From the NCBI GenBank assembly GCA_963674865.2, contig CAXXYE010000001.1, forward strand, positions 320,001-384,000: DNA of 64,000 bases, given 5' to 3'. The translations under genes were made by a program, and so were the position numbers. Positions 48,731 through 59,051 of this stretch are shown piece by piece. The stretch is from Candidatus Hydrogenedentota bacterium. Lineage in GTDB: Bacteria; Hydrogenedentota; Hydrogenedentia; Hydrogenedentales; SLHB01. The notes under the pieces are model-generated. The model was not told the origin of the DNA. It worked only from the letters and a program-made list of their open reading frames with translations, and did not search any database. Positions within the stretch are counted from its first letter, which is position 1. Every line of letters starts with the position of its first letter.

Positions 48731-49447
48731 CTACCGAACATCCTTTCCCGAGATGCCGCCCACTGTCAGGTTCGGATCGGGGAGGCCGTCATTCGCGGGA
48801 ATAATATCCCTCGAATCAACGTATTCCGCGTGGCCATCGGCGAAAAGGTAGTTCCGCTTGCCGCCCCACCCAAACCAGCCTGGATCATTCGCGAACGCGT
48901 CATGATTCGCGTACCACTCGCCCAAGAGGATCTTCTTCGTGGGATGCCGCACGGCTCCGGCGCGCTGGGACTTGCTCGCCATTGGATTCTGGAAGGTGGC
49001 CGTGTACGAGTCGGTGGAATCAATCTGCTCCGGAGAGTGGTAGAAAGCCATCGAGTATGCGTACGACGTGCGCTCGAAGACCTCTACACTTTCCAGCCGC
49101 TGATCGGACGGACAATGGAACACGCCGGGCCGCTCCTTGTCCCCTGGCACGTACTCCGCCAGCAACGTGCGCCAACCACGCCCCATCCACAGCCAATAGT
49201 GAGGATCCGCGCTGACGGGATCCGGCGCCGACGGATACGTGTCGTCATGATCGGCCAGGTACATGTGAAAGGCCAGGCCGAGCTGTCTGAGATTGCTGAT
49301 GCACGACGTCCGGCGGGCGCCTTCCTGCACTCGGAAGAGTGTTGGCAGCAGTAGCGCCATCAGGAGGCCAAATATGGCCAGTACCACCAGCAATTCGACC
49401 AGCGTGAATCCGCGCCTGTGCGCGAGTGGATTCGTTGAGAATTCCAT
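48731..49447 (-). CDS. Prepilin-type N-terminal cleavage/methylation, DUF1559-like protein
   Basis: [37 protein letters not shown]-terminal NYLFADGHA. Confidence 0.9.
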   Translation of the reverse strand: MEFSTNPLAHRRGFTLVELLVVLAIFGLLMALLLPTLFRVQEGARRTSCISNLRQLGLAFHMYLADHDDTYPSAPDPVSADPHYWLWMGRGWRTLLAEYVPGDKERPGVFHCPSDQRLESVEVFERTSYAYSMAFYHSPEQIDSTDSYTATFQNPMASKSQRAGAVRHPTKKILLGEWYANHDAFANDPGWFGWGGKRNYLFADGHAEYVDSRDIIPANDGLPDPNLTVGGISGKDVR

Positions 49448-49563
49448 GTCTTTCCTCGGAAACCCATTCTTAGGTTTGGCCCCCGGCAGGCAAGACTGCC
49501 GTCGCGACCCCTTCAGCCACACGGCATTTGCGCTGAATTCCCCGATAGGCCAGGTAGCTTTTG

Positions 49564-50118
49564 TTACCACATCAGATCGTCAGGCACCGCAAACTCGTCG
49601 CCATACTCCTCGCGTTTCCCTTCGCTGGGCGGCGCGTTCAGCAGCACCACGTACTCCGGCGCCCGCTCGATGATTTTCTCCGCGACGGCCGCGGGAATGA
49701 CGACATACTGCCCGTCAAGCGTCGCGACAGCCAAGCGGCCCGTTGCCAGAGCGTGATGTATCTCCTCCGTCACCTCAAGCTGCTTCACGCGTCCGGCGTC
49801 CGCGAAGTGGTGCGCGACGGATCCCTTGAAATGCGCAATGCGATGGCTCGTTAGCCAGTCGCGAACCTGCGCCTCCGCCTCACGCCGGATACGCTCCTCT
49901 TCACGCCGGCGATTCAACTCCTTATCCCGGGCGGCCTTCTCACGACGCGCCTTGGCCGCTTCCTCGGCGATGACCTCGGCATCGGACGGCGCCTCATCCG
50001 GCGCTTGCTGCTTCCGTGCCTGCTTCGCCCGCTGGCGCATCTCGTGCTCGGCGGCCTTCGCTTGCTTCTTAGTGGCAAGTCCCGCCTTCCTGAGCTGTTC
50101 GCGCAACGAATCCGGCAC
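49564..50118 (-). CDS. DUF2058 (YaiL-like) protein
   Basis: [12 protein letters not shown]-terminus and VPDDLMW C-terminus. Confidence 0.85.
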   Translation of the reverse strand: MPDSLREQLRKAGLATKKQAKAAEHEMRQRAKQARKQQAPDEAPSDAEVIAEEAAKARREKAARDKELNRRREEERIRREAEAQVRDWLTSHRIAHFKGSVAHHFADAGRVKQLEVTEEIHHALATGRLAVATLDGQYVVIPAAVAEKIIERAPEYVVLLNAPPSEGKREEYGDEFAVPDDLMW

Positions 50119-50305
50119 GGGCGACTCCTCTCTGTCGCTGTCAACGGAAGCAATTCCTGCCCAAAGGATAGATTGCCCTGGACCTCGCGATCAACGTCCC
50201 GCTCGCCCGCTGCATGCCCGGTGTCCTGTGACGGCCGCGCATGCCGGCTCGCCGCAACGCCACGGTCACGCGGCGGGTGTAACCTTTTGCCCACGTGGCT
50301 ATCTC

Positions 50306-50395
50306 GGCCCTGTAAGGGCCGCGCATACCAGCCCGGCGCAACGCGCCGGCTAACCGTTGTTCTGGCAGGAGGATAGCCCTGTAAGGGCGTGACAC
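50306..50395 (+). repeat. REP-like tripartite hairpin element (copy 2)
   Basis: GGCCCTGTAAGGGCC ... AGCCCGGCGCAACGCGCCGG ... AGCCCTGTAAGGGCGTGACA. Confidence 0.7.
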
Positions 50396-50527
50396 AGCCC
50401 GCCAAGCCCTGCACGCCCGGTGTCGTTCCAACCCCGCACCGTTTACAATGGATTCGCGATTTTCCGTGTCGGCGGCAACAGAAGGGTGGAACGTGCGAAC
50501 CAAGGAACAAATGAGGGAGATCGACAC

Positions 50528-53500
50528 ATGAGCCAATCCGACACGGTGCCCATGGCGCGCTGGACCGCCTCTCGCGACGCCGACGCCTTCCAGGAGCTTG
50601 TCGTCCGCCACGTGCGGATGGTTTACGGCACCGCCCTGCGCATTCTAGGCAACGCCGCGTCGGCGGAGGAGGTCGTCCAGGAATGTTTCCTCGAGTTGGC
50701 TCAGCGCCCCGGGCGCATTCGGCATACCGTTGGCGGCTGGCTCCATGGCGTAGCTGTCCGAAAGAGCCTTTCTCGCCTGCGGGCGGACGGGCGCCGGCTG
50801 CGCCGCGAGCAGGCCTATGCCTCGCAGCGTTTGGAAGCGTGTGCGCCGGACTGGGACGACATTCGCCCGCATGTTGACGAGGCGGTCGCGGAACTGCCCC
50901 CGGAACTGCGCGACGTCATTCTCCTCCGGTTCTTCGAGGGGCTGAAACACACCGAAATTGCGCGACGCCTCGATGTTGCCGAAGCCACGGTGCGCTACCG
51001 CATCGACAGAGCGCTCGAAAAGCTGCGGAAGTCCCTCGCCAGAAGAGGTGTGTCCGCAAGCGCGGGCGTCATCGGAGGACTTCTCGGCGCCCATGCCGCC
51101 GAGGCGTCGGCGCCGGCGTTATTGGTGGCATCTCTCGGCAAGAACGTGTTGGCCCATGCCGCCTCGGCAGCACCCGTCGTTTGCCTGGGGACATGGCTTG
51201 CCGCCGGTGCTGTGGTGAAATGGGCCGCGGCGGCCGTCGTCTGTCTGGTAGCCGCCCTATCCATCTACACCATGGCGGGCGACAGAGCTGCTCCGCCCTC
51301 TGGCTCCGGCCAGGACGTGACGCGCGGTGACGCCCGCGAGGGCGCGGACGAAAACGCCAAGGAGGCGGTGACGGAGTCGAGGACTGACGATGGACGCAGC
51401 GCCGGTGCGCCCAAACTCGCCGAGGCGGTTTCCGACGAGACTGGCGACAGCGAGCCACAGGCCGGCCAGGGGCGCATCACCGGCCGCGTCATCCGCGCCG
51501 ACAACGGCCAGCCGGTGGCCGATTTCAGGATGCGCGTCCAGTGTTACCACGGTGTTTCTCCCCACGGCAATCACGATTTTCTCTGTTGGACCACCACGGA
51601 CGCGGAGGGGCGCTTCCAAATCGATGCTCCGGAGGCCACATACTACTGGTTTCTCACCGCCGACGACGTCTTGGCCCCCGTCAATCCAGAGGATTGCTAT
51701 ATCGAGTTGAAGGAGCTTGGCGAGGTCCGCGACATTGTCATCAAGGTGACTAAAGGCGCCGTCGTGACGGGGCGAGTCTTCGATAGCGATACGGAAAAGG
51801 GCCTTCCCGGAATCAAGGTTGTATGGGCCGGCGTCCGCCTGAGCGTCGAGACGGATGAACGCGGGCACTACCGCATAGGAGGGCTCCGGCCAGGCCGCCA
51901 CGCCATCGGACTGAGTGATACCGGCGAATACGTCAACAACGCGATCCAAGGCTCGAACGCACCGCTCATCGAAGTCGAGTGCGGCAAGGCCTACACGCTT
52001 GATTTTCGCCTTGTGAAGGGCCTCCGCCCGCGCGGCCGCGTGCTCGACGCCGCCCACCAGCCTATCGAAGGCGCCTGGGTGTACATCGAAGATGCGGGAG
52101 CTCGTGGCAAGTACTCGTATACCTACGTACACACCGATGCCGAGGGCCGTTTCCTGCTGTCGAGCCAGCGCGCCGGCGTCCCGCTCACCCTACGCATCAG
52201 CCCGCCGCAAGAGCCGACGAACGCATACGGCTACGTATACCATTGCGAGGAAGTCGATCTTGCCGGATGGCGAAACGAGCGCGTCTTCATCCTACAGGAC
52301 GCGTCCAGTGTAAACGGCCGCGTCGTTAACGTCGCCACGGGCAGTCCTGTGACGGAGTTCGAGGTGGCCCATGGAGGCGGCGACCGCACGCTGGATGAAA
52401 CCATGCTGAACATCTTTGTCCCCCACCAGGACGATCAGGGGCGGTTCACATTGAAGAATATCCAGATTGGAGAGACCACCATCTTCGTTAGAGCGGAAGG
52501 CTGCGCCGCCGCTCGTAAGGTTGTTTCCTTCGATAGAACCAGCCAGACCATCCAGATCGAGATTCCATTGGAGGGCGGCTGCGTCGTCGAAGGTGTGGCC
52601 CTCGACGCCGCCGGCGATCCCGTGCCTCGCAGCGGCGTGTTTGTTGACGACCTGCCCGCAGGTTCCGCGCGTTCCCATCGCTACGCCCCGGTCAAGGCCG
52701 ACGACAACGGCCGCTTCCGTATTGATGGCCTCATGGCCGGTGCGCACGTGTTTCACGTCGTCAAAGACGGCTTCCGCCCATCGAGCGTGGAGACGACGCT
52801 CGATGAGGGAGAGACCGCAATCCTGGAATTCATCTTGAAGGAGGGCGGTGTCGTCGCGGGACACGTCACCCTTGACGGCCAACCGGCCGCGGGCGCCCGT
52901 GTCTCCGCTGAGGCCGATGACAGGAGCTTCGCTGATACCACGGGAGAGGACGGCGCCTACCGCATCTCAGGCATGATCGATTGCACAACGGAAGTTCGCG
53001 CTTCACTCAAGATAGGCGAGCGCGGCCTCGTCCTGCATCGCACGGCGGAAATCGCCGACGGCATGACCACTACCGTCGACTTCGACTTCTCCTCACTCGC
53101 CGCCGTGATTGAAGGAACGGTCCGCGTCAATGGCCAGGCGCCGCGGGACACGGCATGGATAGTCGGCGTCTCGGACGGGGGCGCCAAGTTTCATACCGAG
53201 GTCGAGAACGGTGCGTACCGAATCGAAGATGTGCCTGTCGGGGCGATCAATCTGCACGCCACTTTCCACGGCGACGGAATGCACGGCCGCAGCTTTCACA
53301 AGGTTGTCGAGACCGCCGACAGCATGATCTCCAGGTGCGATTTCGATATCGACCTCTCTCAGAGCGCCACGTTGCGGGGGAAGATCTCCGGCTTCAATAT
53401 CGAACGGAGCAACTACATGGTGCTCGAAGGGCGTGTCGAGGCCGGCGGGCTGGACGAGCTAGAGGCGATGTTGAGCCCATCTGGCCTCGGTGTGGCTATC

Positions 53501-53674
53501 GTCGCCGCCGAACAGCGCATCGCCCCCGATGGGAGTTTCGAGTTCCCCGGACTCTTGCCCGGCGTCTACACCATCCTGACCGTTGGTGAAGGCGCGGACG
53601 GGGAAATCCAGTACATCCTCCGAACCTTCGAGATCGGCAAAGAAGATGTCACCCTCGACATGCGCGCCGATTGA
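50528..53674 (+). CDS. ECF sigma factor fused to a TM helix and repeated carboxypeptidase-regulatory-like beta domains
   Basis: Sigma2 (DADAFQELV..H..MVY, AEEVVQECF, GWLHGVA), sigma4 (LP...RDVILLRFFEG..HTEIA), a TM segment, then repeated GRV.D..G.P...TD.EGRF units. Confidence 0.9.
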   Translation: MSQSDTVPMARWTASRDADAFQELVVRHVRMVYGTALRILGNAASAEEVVQECFLELAQRPGRIRHTVGGWLHGVAVRKSLSRLRADGRRLRREQAYASQRLEACAPDWDDIRPHVDEAVAELPPELRDVILLRFFEGLKHTEIARRLDVAEATVRYRIDRALEKLRKSLARRGVSASAGVIGGLLGAHAAEASAPALLVASLGKNVLAHAASAAPVVCLGTWLAAGAVVKWAAAAVVCLVAALSIYTMAGDRAAPPSGSGQDVTRGDAREGADENAKEAVTESRTDDGRSAGAPKLAEAVSDETGDSEPQAGQGRITGRVIRADNGQPVADFRMRVQCYHGVSPHGNHDFLCWTTTDAEGRFQIDAPEATYYWFLTADDVLAPVNPEDCYIELKELGEVRDIVIKVTKGAVVTGRVFDSDTEKGLPGIKVVWAGVRLSVETDERGHYRIGGLRPGRHAIGLSDTGEYVNNAIQGSNAPLIEVECGKAYTLDFRLVKGLRPRGRVLDAAHQPIEGAWVYIEDAGARGKYSYTYVHTDAEGRFLLSSQRAGVPLTLRISPPQEPTNAYGYVYHCEEVDLAGWRNERVFILQDASSVNGRVVNVATGSPVTEFEVAHGGGDRTLDETMLNIFVPHQDDQGRFTLKNIQIGETTIFVRAEGCAAARKVVSFDRTSQTIQIEIPLEGGCVVEGVALDAAGDPVPRSGVFVDDLPAGSARSHRYAPVKADDNGRFRIDGLMAGAHVFHVVKDGFRPSSVETTLDEGETAILEFILKEGGVVAGHVTLDGQPAAGARVSAEADDRSFADTTGEDGAYRISGMIDCTTEVRASLKIGERGLVLHRTAEIADGMTTTVDFDFSSLAAVIEGTVRVNGQAPRDTAWIVGVSDGGAKFHTEVENGAYRIEDVPVGAINLHATFHGDGMHGRSFHKVVETADSMISRCDFDIDLSQSATLRGKISGFNIERSNYMVLEGRVEAGGLDELEAMLSPSGLGVAIVAAEQRIAPDGSFEFPGLLPGVYTILTVGEGADGEIQYILRTFEIGKEDVTLDMRAD

Positions 53675-53801
53675 CATCCCATGTTCCCAACACCCCGCCG
53701 TTGTTGGCGCGCGAGAACTCCACCGGCGGCTCACTGCCCACGCCAGTCAACGTCATCATCCCCACGTACTCCAGTTAGGGAGCGCGTCACAGCGGCTCTT
53801 G

Positions 53802-53880
53802 ATCAGTGTCCATCTGCGTTCATCTGTGGCAAGAACGAGGATTACTCCCCGTTCGCTCCGCTCATGCGAAAGATGATTCA
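53802..53880 (-). repeat. Dispersed 79-bp intergenic repeat (copy B, inverted)
   Basis: Reverse complement is 69/79 identical to 30483-30561. Confidence 0.85.
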
Positions 53881-54097
53881 TTGTTTCCATGGCCGCCTCT
53901 TGGCGGTCGCCACGGCTCTGCCGCGACGGCACGCGACGGCGTTCCTACGCCCGATTCTGTAAATCTTGTTCATCCTGTCAAATAGGGATCTTCCGTCTTC
54001 TCCTCCCAGCCACCGGCCTTGCCGCTGGCCACGGACTTTGCATTACTCCCCGCGGTTGCCGATAATCGGATCAGCGTCAACGTGGAGGGCGAGGGAT

Positions 54098-55600
54098 ATG
54101 CCGCCTGCCGACACAGATACGCAGCACCCGAACATCTTGCTGATCCACGCGGATCAGCACCGGTTTGACTGCCTCGGCGCATATGGCCACCCGGACATCC
54201 GTACGCCGAACATCGACGCTCTAGCCGCCGACGGCGTGCGATACGAAAACAGTTTCTGTCCCTTTCCTGTGTGCACGCCTTCTCGGTACTCGCTGCTATC
54301 CGGCCAATACGTGCATCAGCACCGCGGCTGGGACAACCACTGCACCTTTCCACCAGGCACGGAAACCTTTCCCGCGATTCTCAAGCAGGCGGGATACAAG
54401 ACGGCCGCTGTCGGCAAGATGCATTTCACGCCCACGTACCTTGACGTAGGCTTCGACGAGATGGTTCTGGCGGAACAGGACGGCCCCGGCCGCTGGGATG
54501 ACGACTATCACCGCCAACTGCGCGTCATGGGCCTTGCGGACGTGAACGACCTCGAGGATCAGCGCCGTGAGTACCGCGAACGCGCCCGGCAGGAGTACTG
54601 GGACAGCCGAAGCGCTTTGCCTTCGAATCTTCCCCTTGAGTGGCACACGACGGCCTGGACTGGGCGGCGCGCTATCGAGGCGCTCGAGCAATGGGATGAG
54701 TCGAGCAACCTGCTCATGGTGGGATTCATCAAGCCGCACCATCCCTTCGACCCTCCCAAGGAATGGGCCGACGCGTACGATCCGGAGAGCTTGCATCTGC
54801 CCCCCGACTGGACCGAATCATGCTTCCCGCGCGATCTGGCCCTCAGCAAAGGCCATTTCCCGCACAACACGCTGACGGAGGAAGATTTCCGCCGCATTCT
54901 CGCCGCCTATTATGCCAACATCACGTTCATTGACCGGCAGGTGAACCTGATGATCGACGCGCTTGAGCGCAAGGGCCTGTACGACAACGCGCTCATTATC
55001 TTCACGAGCGACCACGGAGATTACATGGGCTGCCACCACATGGTTGGCAAGATGAACTACATGTATGATCCGGTGATCAAGGTGCCGCTGATTGTGAAGT
55101 ATCCCGGGGGACGCGACGCCGGGAGCGTATCGGACGCGCTGGTGAGCAACATCGACCTAACGACGACCCTGCTTGCCCAAGCGCACTGCGCCCCCGCGGC
55201 GGCCATGAAAGGCCTTGATCTCGCGCAAGATACGGCGGGGAGGGAACTCGTCTTCGCCGAAAGCCATGGCGGCGCTCAGGTTATGGCTCGTTCGAAGACA
55301 AGGAAGCTCATTCGCCACGCGGGACACGACGTTGCCTTCTTCTGTGACCTCGAGAAGGATCCCTACGAGCAGGTGAATTGTCACGGAGAGCCCGCCTATC
55401 AGGACGAGGTTCGTGCATTGACGAGGGCGCTCGACGAATGGCGCGACGCTGCTAGCCTTCCCAACAAGTATCTCGACGAAGACGCCCCGGTTATTGGCAA
55501 AACGAACGTCCCTCTGCGCCACGACAGCCACCGCGACGAGATCAGCGCCTATTACCGAGAGAAAATGGCCGCCGCCGGGGCCGCAAACCGTCCCGGCTAA
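54098..55600 (+). CDS. Formylglycine-dependent sulfatase (no signal peptide seen)
   Basis: PNILLIHADQ, CTPSR (CxPxR), GKMH, KPHHPF, SDHG. Confidence 0.93.
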   Translation: MPPADTDTQHPNILLIHADQHRFDCLGAYGHPDIRTPNIDALAADGVRYENSFCPFPVCTPSRYSLLSGQYVHQHRGWDNHCTFPPGTETFPAILKQAGYKTAAVGKMHFTPTYLDVGFDEMVLAEQDGPGRWDDDYHRQLRVMGLADVNDLEDQRREYRERARQEYWDSRSALPSNLPLEWHTTAWTGRRAIEALEQWDESSNLLMVGFIKPHHPFDPPKEWADAYDPESLHLPPDWTESCFPRDLALSKGHFPHNTLTEEDFRRILAAYYANITFIDRQVNLMIDALERKGLYDNALIIFTSDHGDYMGCHHMVGKMNYMYDPVIKVPLIVKYPGGRDAGSVSDALVSNIDLTTTLLAQAHCAPAAAMKGLDLAQDTAGRELVFAESHGGAQVMARSKTRKLIRHAGHDVAFFCDLEKDPYEQVNCHGEPAYQDEVRALTRALDEWRDAASLPNKYLDEDAPVIGKTNVPLRHDSHRDEISAYYREKMAAAGAANRPG

Positions 55601-56619
55601 CCGGCCAGAAGACCTGCCACCCGCTCCAGTTCGCCCTCGGCGTCGGTGACGAGTTCCGTCATGATGTCGGCGAGAGGTTTGACCTCGCCCGCGAGCCCGA
55701 CGCTTTGCCCGGCCATAAGCGAGCCCCGCTGCATGTCGCCGTCCTGAACGGCCCGCCGGAGCGCGCCGACCCAGAAGTTCTCGACCTCGTACATGGCGTC
55801 CAGCCGGCGCACCTCCTTGGTGTCGAGTTTTCGGATGAGTTCGAGCTGAAGGGCCTTGAACTCCTCCATGCCCTCATTCTTGAGCGCCCGCACGGGAATC
55901 ACGGGCAGGCGGGAGTCGAAGGAAGGTGTGGCGACGGCGTCGCGCGCGCGGGCCTTGCGGAAAGCTTCCTTGAAGTTGGCGTGAACGTTGCATTCCTGTG
56001 ACATAACGAAGCGCGTGGCCAGTTGCACGCCCGCCGCGCCCATGAGCATGAGGTGGGCGATCATGCTGCCCGTCGCGATGCCGCCCGCCACGAAGACGGG
56101 CACCGAGCCGCGTACCTTGAACAACACTTCCTGGAGGAGGACCAGGCTCGATATGGGGCCGATGTGGCCGCCGGCCTCGTAGCCTTCCAGGATGATCGCG
56201 TCGATTCCGAGGCCGACCATACGAGTCGCCACCGCCTCCGTGGGGGCAAAACACAACGTCTTGGCCCCCGCATCCTTCGCCTTTCGGACGGATGCGCCGT
56301 CCGGAAGAACGCCGGCGAAGACGACGTATGGGCAGGCCATTTCAGAGACAATGTCGAGGTGCTTGCGCGAATTGGGCGCCACCGTGATCAGGTTGACGCC
56401 AAAGGGCTTATCAATCAGCTCGCGCGTCTTCAGGATCTCGGCCTCGAGGCGTTCCGGCGGGAGGTTTCCCGCCGCAAGCAAGCCGAAGCCTCCGGCCTTC
56501 GTCACGGCTGCCACAAGATCGGCGTCGCTTATCCATGTCATGGCGCCGCAGATGATGGGGTGATCCACGCCCAGGAACGCTTTGCCTTGTTGGGCGAATT
56601 TCTCGAATCGGGGATACAT
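55597..56619 (-). CDS. FabK-like enoyl-ACP reductase / nitronate monooxygenase family flavoprotein
   Basis: PIICGAM, KPFGVN, EGYEAGGHIG, AGGI, MAGQSVG. Confidence 0.85.
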   Translation of the reverse strand: MYPRFEKFAQQGKAFLGVDHPIICGAMTWISDADLVAAVTKAGGFGLLAAGNLPPERLEAEILKTRELIDKPFGVNLITVAPNSRKHLDIVSEMACPYVVFAGVLPDGASVRKAKDAGAKTLCFAPTEAVATRMVGLGIDAIILEGYEAGGHIGPISSLVLLQEVLFKVRGSVPVFVAGGIATGSMIAHLMLMGAAGVQLATRFVMSQECNVHANFKEAFRKARARDAVATPSFDSRLPVIPVRALKNEGMEEFKALQLELIRKLDTKEVRRLDAMYEVENFWVGALRRAVQDGDMQRGSLMAGQSVGLAGEVKPLADIMTELVTDAEGELERVAGLLAG

Positions 56620-56791
56620 AAGCGGCTCCTTGCACGCGGCCTATCTGCTCATACTGGAAAACGGGAAATATGGAGCCCATTCTACCAAAAAAACGCAGCA
56701 CAAGGCCGAAATCCGGGCCAAAAGGGACAAAAAAGGAGACTGTGCCCCGTGGCGGGTGTCGCCGCCGGGCGGAGCGCCTTGCCGATGTCTG

Positions 56792-57832
56792 CTACCCCTG
56801 ACGTTGGGCCAGCATCTCGTTGACTTTGGCCATAACAGCAAAAGCGTCAGCCACATACAGGACATCGGTCTTGCCGTGCGCCCAGCCGCAATTCGGGTCC
56901 ATGTTGACGGCGCGGCGCTCGTTGATGAAGCGCCAGCCGACCACGTGCGGCTCTTCGCCGTGGCAACACGTCGCGAGGCCCTTGGGATGCCGGGGCGTAG
57001 CGCCGGTTTGCCCCACCTGGTTGAGGTGCGTCATGAACGGCAAGACGGCCTCGCCCTCGGCGCTCTGATCCACCATGGACTTGCTGCCGCCCAGGGAGGC
57101 CTTTGAGCCGTGGAGGAAGCCCAGGATAAGCTTCTCAGCGTCCTTGACGTGCGCCTGACCGTCGGCCTGCTTTTTGGTCCAGCCCGCGCCCGCCACGAAG
57201 AGCACCTCCGCATCGGGGCGGATAGTCTGCTCATCAGTCGGGGGGGCCTGGATGCCGACGACGCTGGTACGCTTGGTGTTATCGTCCAGGACCACTTCCA
57301 CCGCTTCAACCGAGGGGCTGCCGGATTCGCCCTGCCAGGAAGGCTGGCTGCCGGGATCGACGAGGATGAACCAGGGGCGTTGCGCACGTTTGAGGACCAC
57401 CTCCATGCGCTGACGGTAGTACCACCGCGTCACGGCGGGGGCGCCGTCGGCCGCGGCCACTGCCGTGACGTGTGGATCAATCCGCCCGTCAAGGCGATGC
57501 GCGACGCCCGCCAGTGTTCTGGACCAGCGCGATGTGGCCGGGGCGACCACCACGGTGGCGTTCGCGGCGCGGCAAAGGGCTTCCGCTGCTGCGGCGTCCG
57601 TAGCGTACCGGGACGAGCCGAAGTTCTCCCCGGAAACGGCGAGGAACTTGGCCGCGCCACATCCGGCGATCTGATCGGCCGCAGCCTGTGTATCGGCGCC
57701 GACAAGCCCGACGGTCAGTTCGACCCCGCCCAGGGACGTCGCGAGGGAGGTCGCGCACCCCAGGGCTTCGAGGGCGGCGGCGGGAAGGGTTCCGTTAGAT
57801 TCGGTGTGAGCCAGAAAGAGGATCGATTCCAT
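56792..57832 (-). CDS. etfA: Electron transfer flavoprotein alpha subunit (divergent)
   Basis: QVGQTG FAD-site motif, VAGAG, YVADAF, and operon context. Confidence 0.82.
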   Translation of the reverse strand: MESILFLAHTESNGTLPAAALEALGCATSLATSLGGVELTVGLVGADTQAAADQIAGCGAAKFLAVSGENFGSSRYATDAAAAEALCRAANATVVVAPATSRWSRTLAGVAHRLDGRIDPHVTAVAAADGAPAVTRWYYRQRMEVVLKRAQRPWFILVDPGSQPSWQGESGSPSVEAVEVVLDDNTKRTSVVGIQAPPTDEQTIRPDAEVLFVAGAGWTKKQADGQAHVKDAEKLILGFLHGSKASLGGSKSMVDQSAEGEAVLPFMTHLNQVGQTGATPRHPKGLATCCHGEEPHVVGWRFINERRAVNMDPNCGWAHGKTDVLYVADAFAVMAKVNEMLAQRQG

Positions 57833-57850
57833 TTCGCTTCTTCCTATGAG

Positions 57851-58120
57851 CTAGGCCTGCTGGCCGGTGTTGCCTCTAAGTTTTAGAACGAACAGGATCG
57901 TAGCCGCGCTTAGATTGAGCGCGTTCACGAGGATAACGTGGATATTCTGGAGATGGATGCCGTAAATGAGCCAGGTGAGGGCGCTGAGTCCGGCAATAGC
58001 GCCCAAGCCTAAGGACAGGTCGCGTACTTGCCTGGTCCTTAGGGACTTCACGACCTGCGGCATGAGCTGGATCGAGCCGAAAATGACGCCTAGCGTTCCA
58101 ACGATGTTCCAGAAGTCCAC
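57851..58120 (-). CDS. SemiSWEET/PQ-loop (MtN3) three-helix transporter
   Basis: 89 aa, three TMs, MPQVVKSLRTRQVRDLS, WLIYG...N. Confidence 0.88.
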   Translation of the reverse strand: MDFWNIVGTLGVIFGSIQLMPQVVKSLRTRQVRDLSLGLGAIAGLSALTWLIYGIHLQNIHVILVNALNLSAATILFVLKLRGNTGQQA

Positions 58121-58152
58121 GGCTTGTCGCTCCTATCCGCGCGGGCCGCGCG

Positions 58153-58965
58153 TCAGTCCTGGGTGACCCATTCGACAATCTCTTGGGCGATGTCGTCCAC
58201 CGCCATATCCTTCTCGATGCGCGTATCGCGCTTCTGCTTGGGCAGTTCGACGCTGGCGAAGGTGAGTCCCTCGGCGGCGATAGGGGCCGCTTTGGCCCGC
58301 TGTAGAGCGGGCATGACGGTGCGCATATTCATCATGCCGACTTGGGGATTGTTGGGCGGCTCGGGCAGGTTGCCCGTGGCCCAGCCTAGCAGCGCCGGCG
58401 GCCCGGCGCACATGGACACCTGGTGTTTGCCGCCTTCGACACGCTCAAGGATGCGCAGGGAGCCGTCGTCCTCGGGCTTGAGTTCATCGACGCCCTGGAA
58501 CTGATCGAGAATGCCCAATCGCTCGCCCACCATCTGCATGGTAGCGCCCGCGCCGCGCGAGGCCGATTCCCAGCCGCCGAACAAGAGCAGCTTTGTCATG
58601 TCGAGCCCTTGGATACTCTCGATGGCCTCCGCGAGCGCCGCCGCCGCCTCGGACGCTTCCGTGAATCCGCTGGCGGGACCGTCGAGCGCTACAAGTTCAA
58701 ACGGCACCTTCTGGGCGATGGTCATCATGACCTGCTGCAGTTTGGCCTTCGGCGCGAGACTGACAAGCCAAATCTTGCTGTCGGGGGCGTTCTTAGCGAG
58801 ATGGGCCGCCTCGTAAAGGGCGTGGCCTGCCCACGGGTCGAGCACCGCGGGCAGCATCATCTCGTTACGAAGGGCCGGCCCGGACGGCCCCGTAACCGGT
58901 TCCAGCGTCTGCAAGGGGTCGGGTACGATCCCGCCGCAGACGACAATGTGGTAGCCGTTGCTCAT
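58153..58965 (-). CDS. etfB: Electron transfer flavoprotein beta subunit (divergent)
   Basis: IVVC..IVPDP, ALYEA, ILERVEGG. GGAG RBS before MSNGY. The longer ORF-track start is spurious. Confidence 0.82.
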   Translation of the reverse strand: MSNGYHIVVCGGIVPDPLQTLEPVTGPSGPALRNEMMLPAVLDPWAGHALYEAAHLAKNAPDSKIWLVSLAPKAKLQQVMMTIAQKVPFELVALDGPASGFTEASEAAAALAEAIESIQGLDMTKLLLFGGWESASRGAGATMQMVGERLGILDQFQGVDELKPEDDGSLRILERVEGGKHQVSMCAGPPALLGWATGNLPEPPNNPQVGMMNMRTVMPALQRAKAAPIAAEGLTFASVELPKQKRDTRIEKDMAVDDIAQEIVEWVTQD

Positions 58966-59051
58966 GAGAATTGCTCCTCCAAGTGGTCTTGCCTTTTCTT
59001 GAGTGATAGATATCGTTACGCGCCGTCGCCAGACGAGCGCAGTCAGTTGCG

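Noticed and set aside
49450..49560. Minus-strand leader of the prepilin/DUF1559 gene resembling a c-di-GMP-I riboswitch (GCGCAAA...GGCTGAAG...GGCAG...CTGCCG)
   Set aside because: The 5' GGCAAAC-stem-GAAA tetraloop part is missing. It cannot be supported without an Infernal search.
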